Of a DNA stretch of 64,000 nucleotides, positions 63,301 through 64,000 are shown one piece after another (the first letter of the stretch is position 1; every line of letters begins with the position of its first letter). Under the pieces are notes generated by a model, which saw only the letters and a program-made list of their open reading frames with translations, was not told the origin of the DNA and made no database searches. This stretch comes from Vezdaea acicularis (taxonomy: Eukaryota), in the NCBI GenBank assembly GCA_026025075.1, contig JAPEUI010000054.1:1-64000 (forward strand). The letters run 5' to 3'. The position numbers and the translations under genes are program-made.

Positions 63301-64000
63301 TTATCTATAACCTCTGACCTCTAGAATTACCCGGCTGACCCCTTGATCTGCCTCCCACACTGTTTTGACGGCTCCGCCACCGTCCTCGACCAGCCGCACG
63401 AATACATCGACACCACCCCCAACACCAAAGTACAACCTCTTCGCTGCAACGTACGCTCGGGAACCTTCCGTCAGATTGTCCTGCCGAAGTATACCTAGTA
63501 AAGTTGACGTAAATGTTGGTAGGGTTTCAAGGGAGTAGATAGTCTCGCTAGCAAGCACTATCCTCTTGACTTTTCTCTTGGTCATGAGACCTACGAACTC
63601 CTTGCCCCACTGCCCGGAGATGAAGTCTATGTTAAAGTCGAGGCACACCATATCCTTGTAGAAGGCCTCGAGGTCGTCGGGCTGCAGCTCGAGGTCTGAC
63701 GGGGGAGATGAAGAGGCATAAGCTTTAGACCTGGAGAGGTACTTCTTTGTAAGGAACCAGGTGGCGAAGAGCGCCGGGGCAGTCCCGTGGCGTAACACAG
63801 AGGCGTTGTAGTCTGAGAGCGTGAAGTGTGGTTTTAGTGAGGCCAAAGAGGGAGAGTCTTTCCGGTTCATCAGGAAGTGGTAGAACACGGTCAAGGAGGG
63901 GATTGCGAGACCTGCTCCTAGCTAAAAACATAAGCCCTATAACCGAAAAGGTCGGGTTTCTTATTTAGAGTCACCTCTACTACATGCAACTCATCACCCT
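63301..64000 (-). CDS. HPM1: Histidine protein methyltransferase 1 (METTL18-like), 3' part
   Basis: VVE|LGAGLAIPSL (SAM motif I across an intron), SDYNASVL, FISGQW, LASETIYS and AAKRLYFGVGGGV. Confidence 0.85.

Overview
Gene-dense window from a filamentous ascomycete (Pezizomycotina) nuclear genome, judged from short GT-AG introns with CTRAC/CTAAY branch points and fungal housekeeping proteins. I reconstructed 28 protein-coding genes by hand, most of them spliced: VPS10 (3' end), a conserved hypothetical gene, a Zn2Cys6 transcription factor, an NTF2-like/disordered protein, EMC3, SPC2, YEA4, RPS15, RPP2, SPT2, the complex I 17.8 kDa subunit, SIL1, an SDR, CDD1, a GAF protein, NNR2, two tandem GPI-anchored Ser/Thr-rich proteins, a SET-MYND protein, a 9-exon orphan, NOP12, DEP1, COA3 (absent from the ORF track), PTA1, a She3-like coiled-coil protein, CYS3, DAP2 and HPM1 (3' part). 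I found no rRNA, tRNA, transposon or CRISPR. The most interesting observations are: (1) an intact ~779-aa orphan gene with an Arg/Gly repeat array and possible KH-like domains; (2) one intron of that gene bounded by an exact 11-nt direct repeat, a possible intron-gain signature; (3) an apparent excess of AAG/GAG 3' splice sites; (4) a recurring C-rich to G-rich strand-skew switch inside genes that changes protein composition; (5) possible microsynteny with budding yeast. Family assignments come from motif recognition only; no database searches were run.
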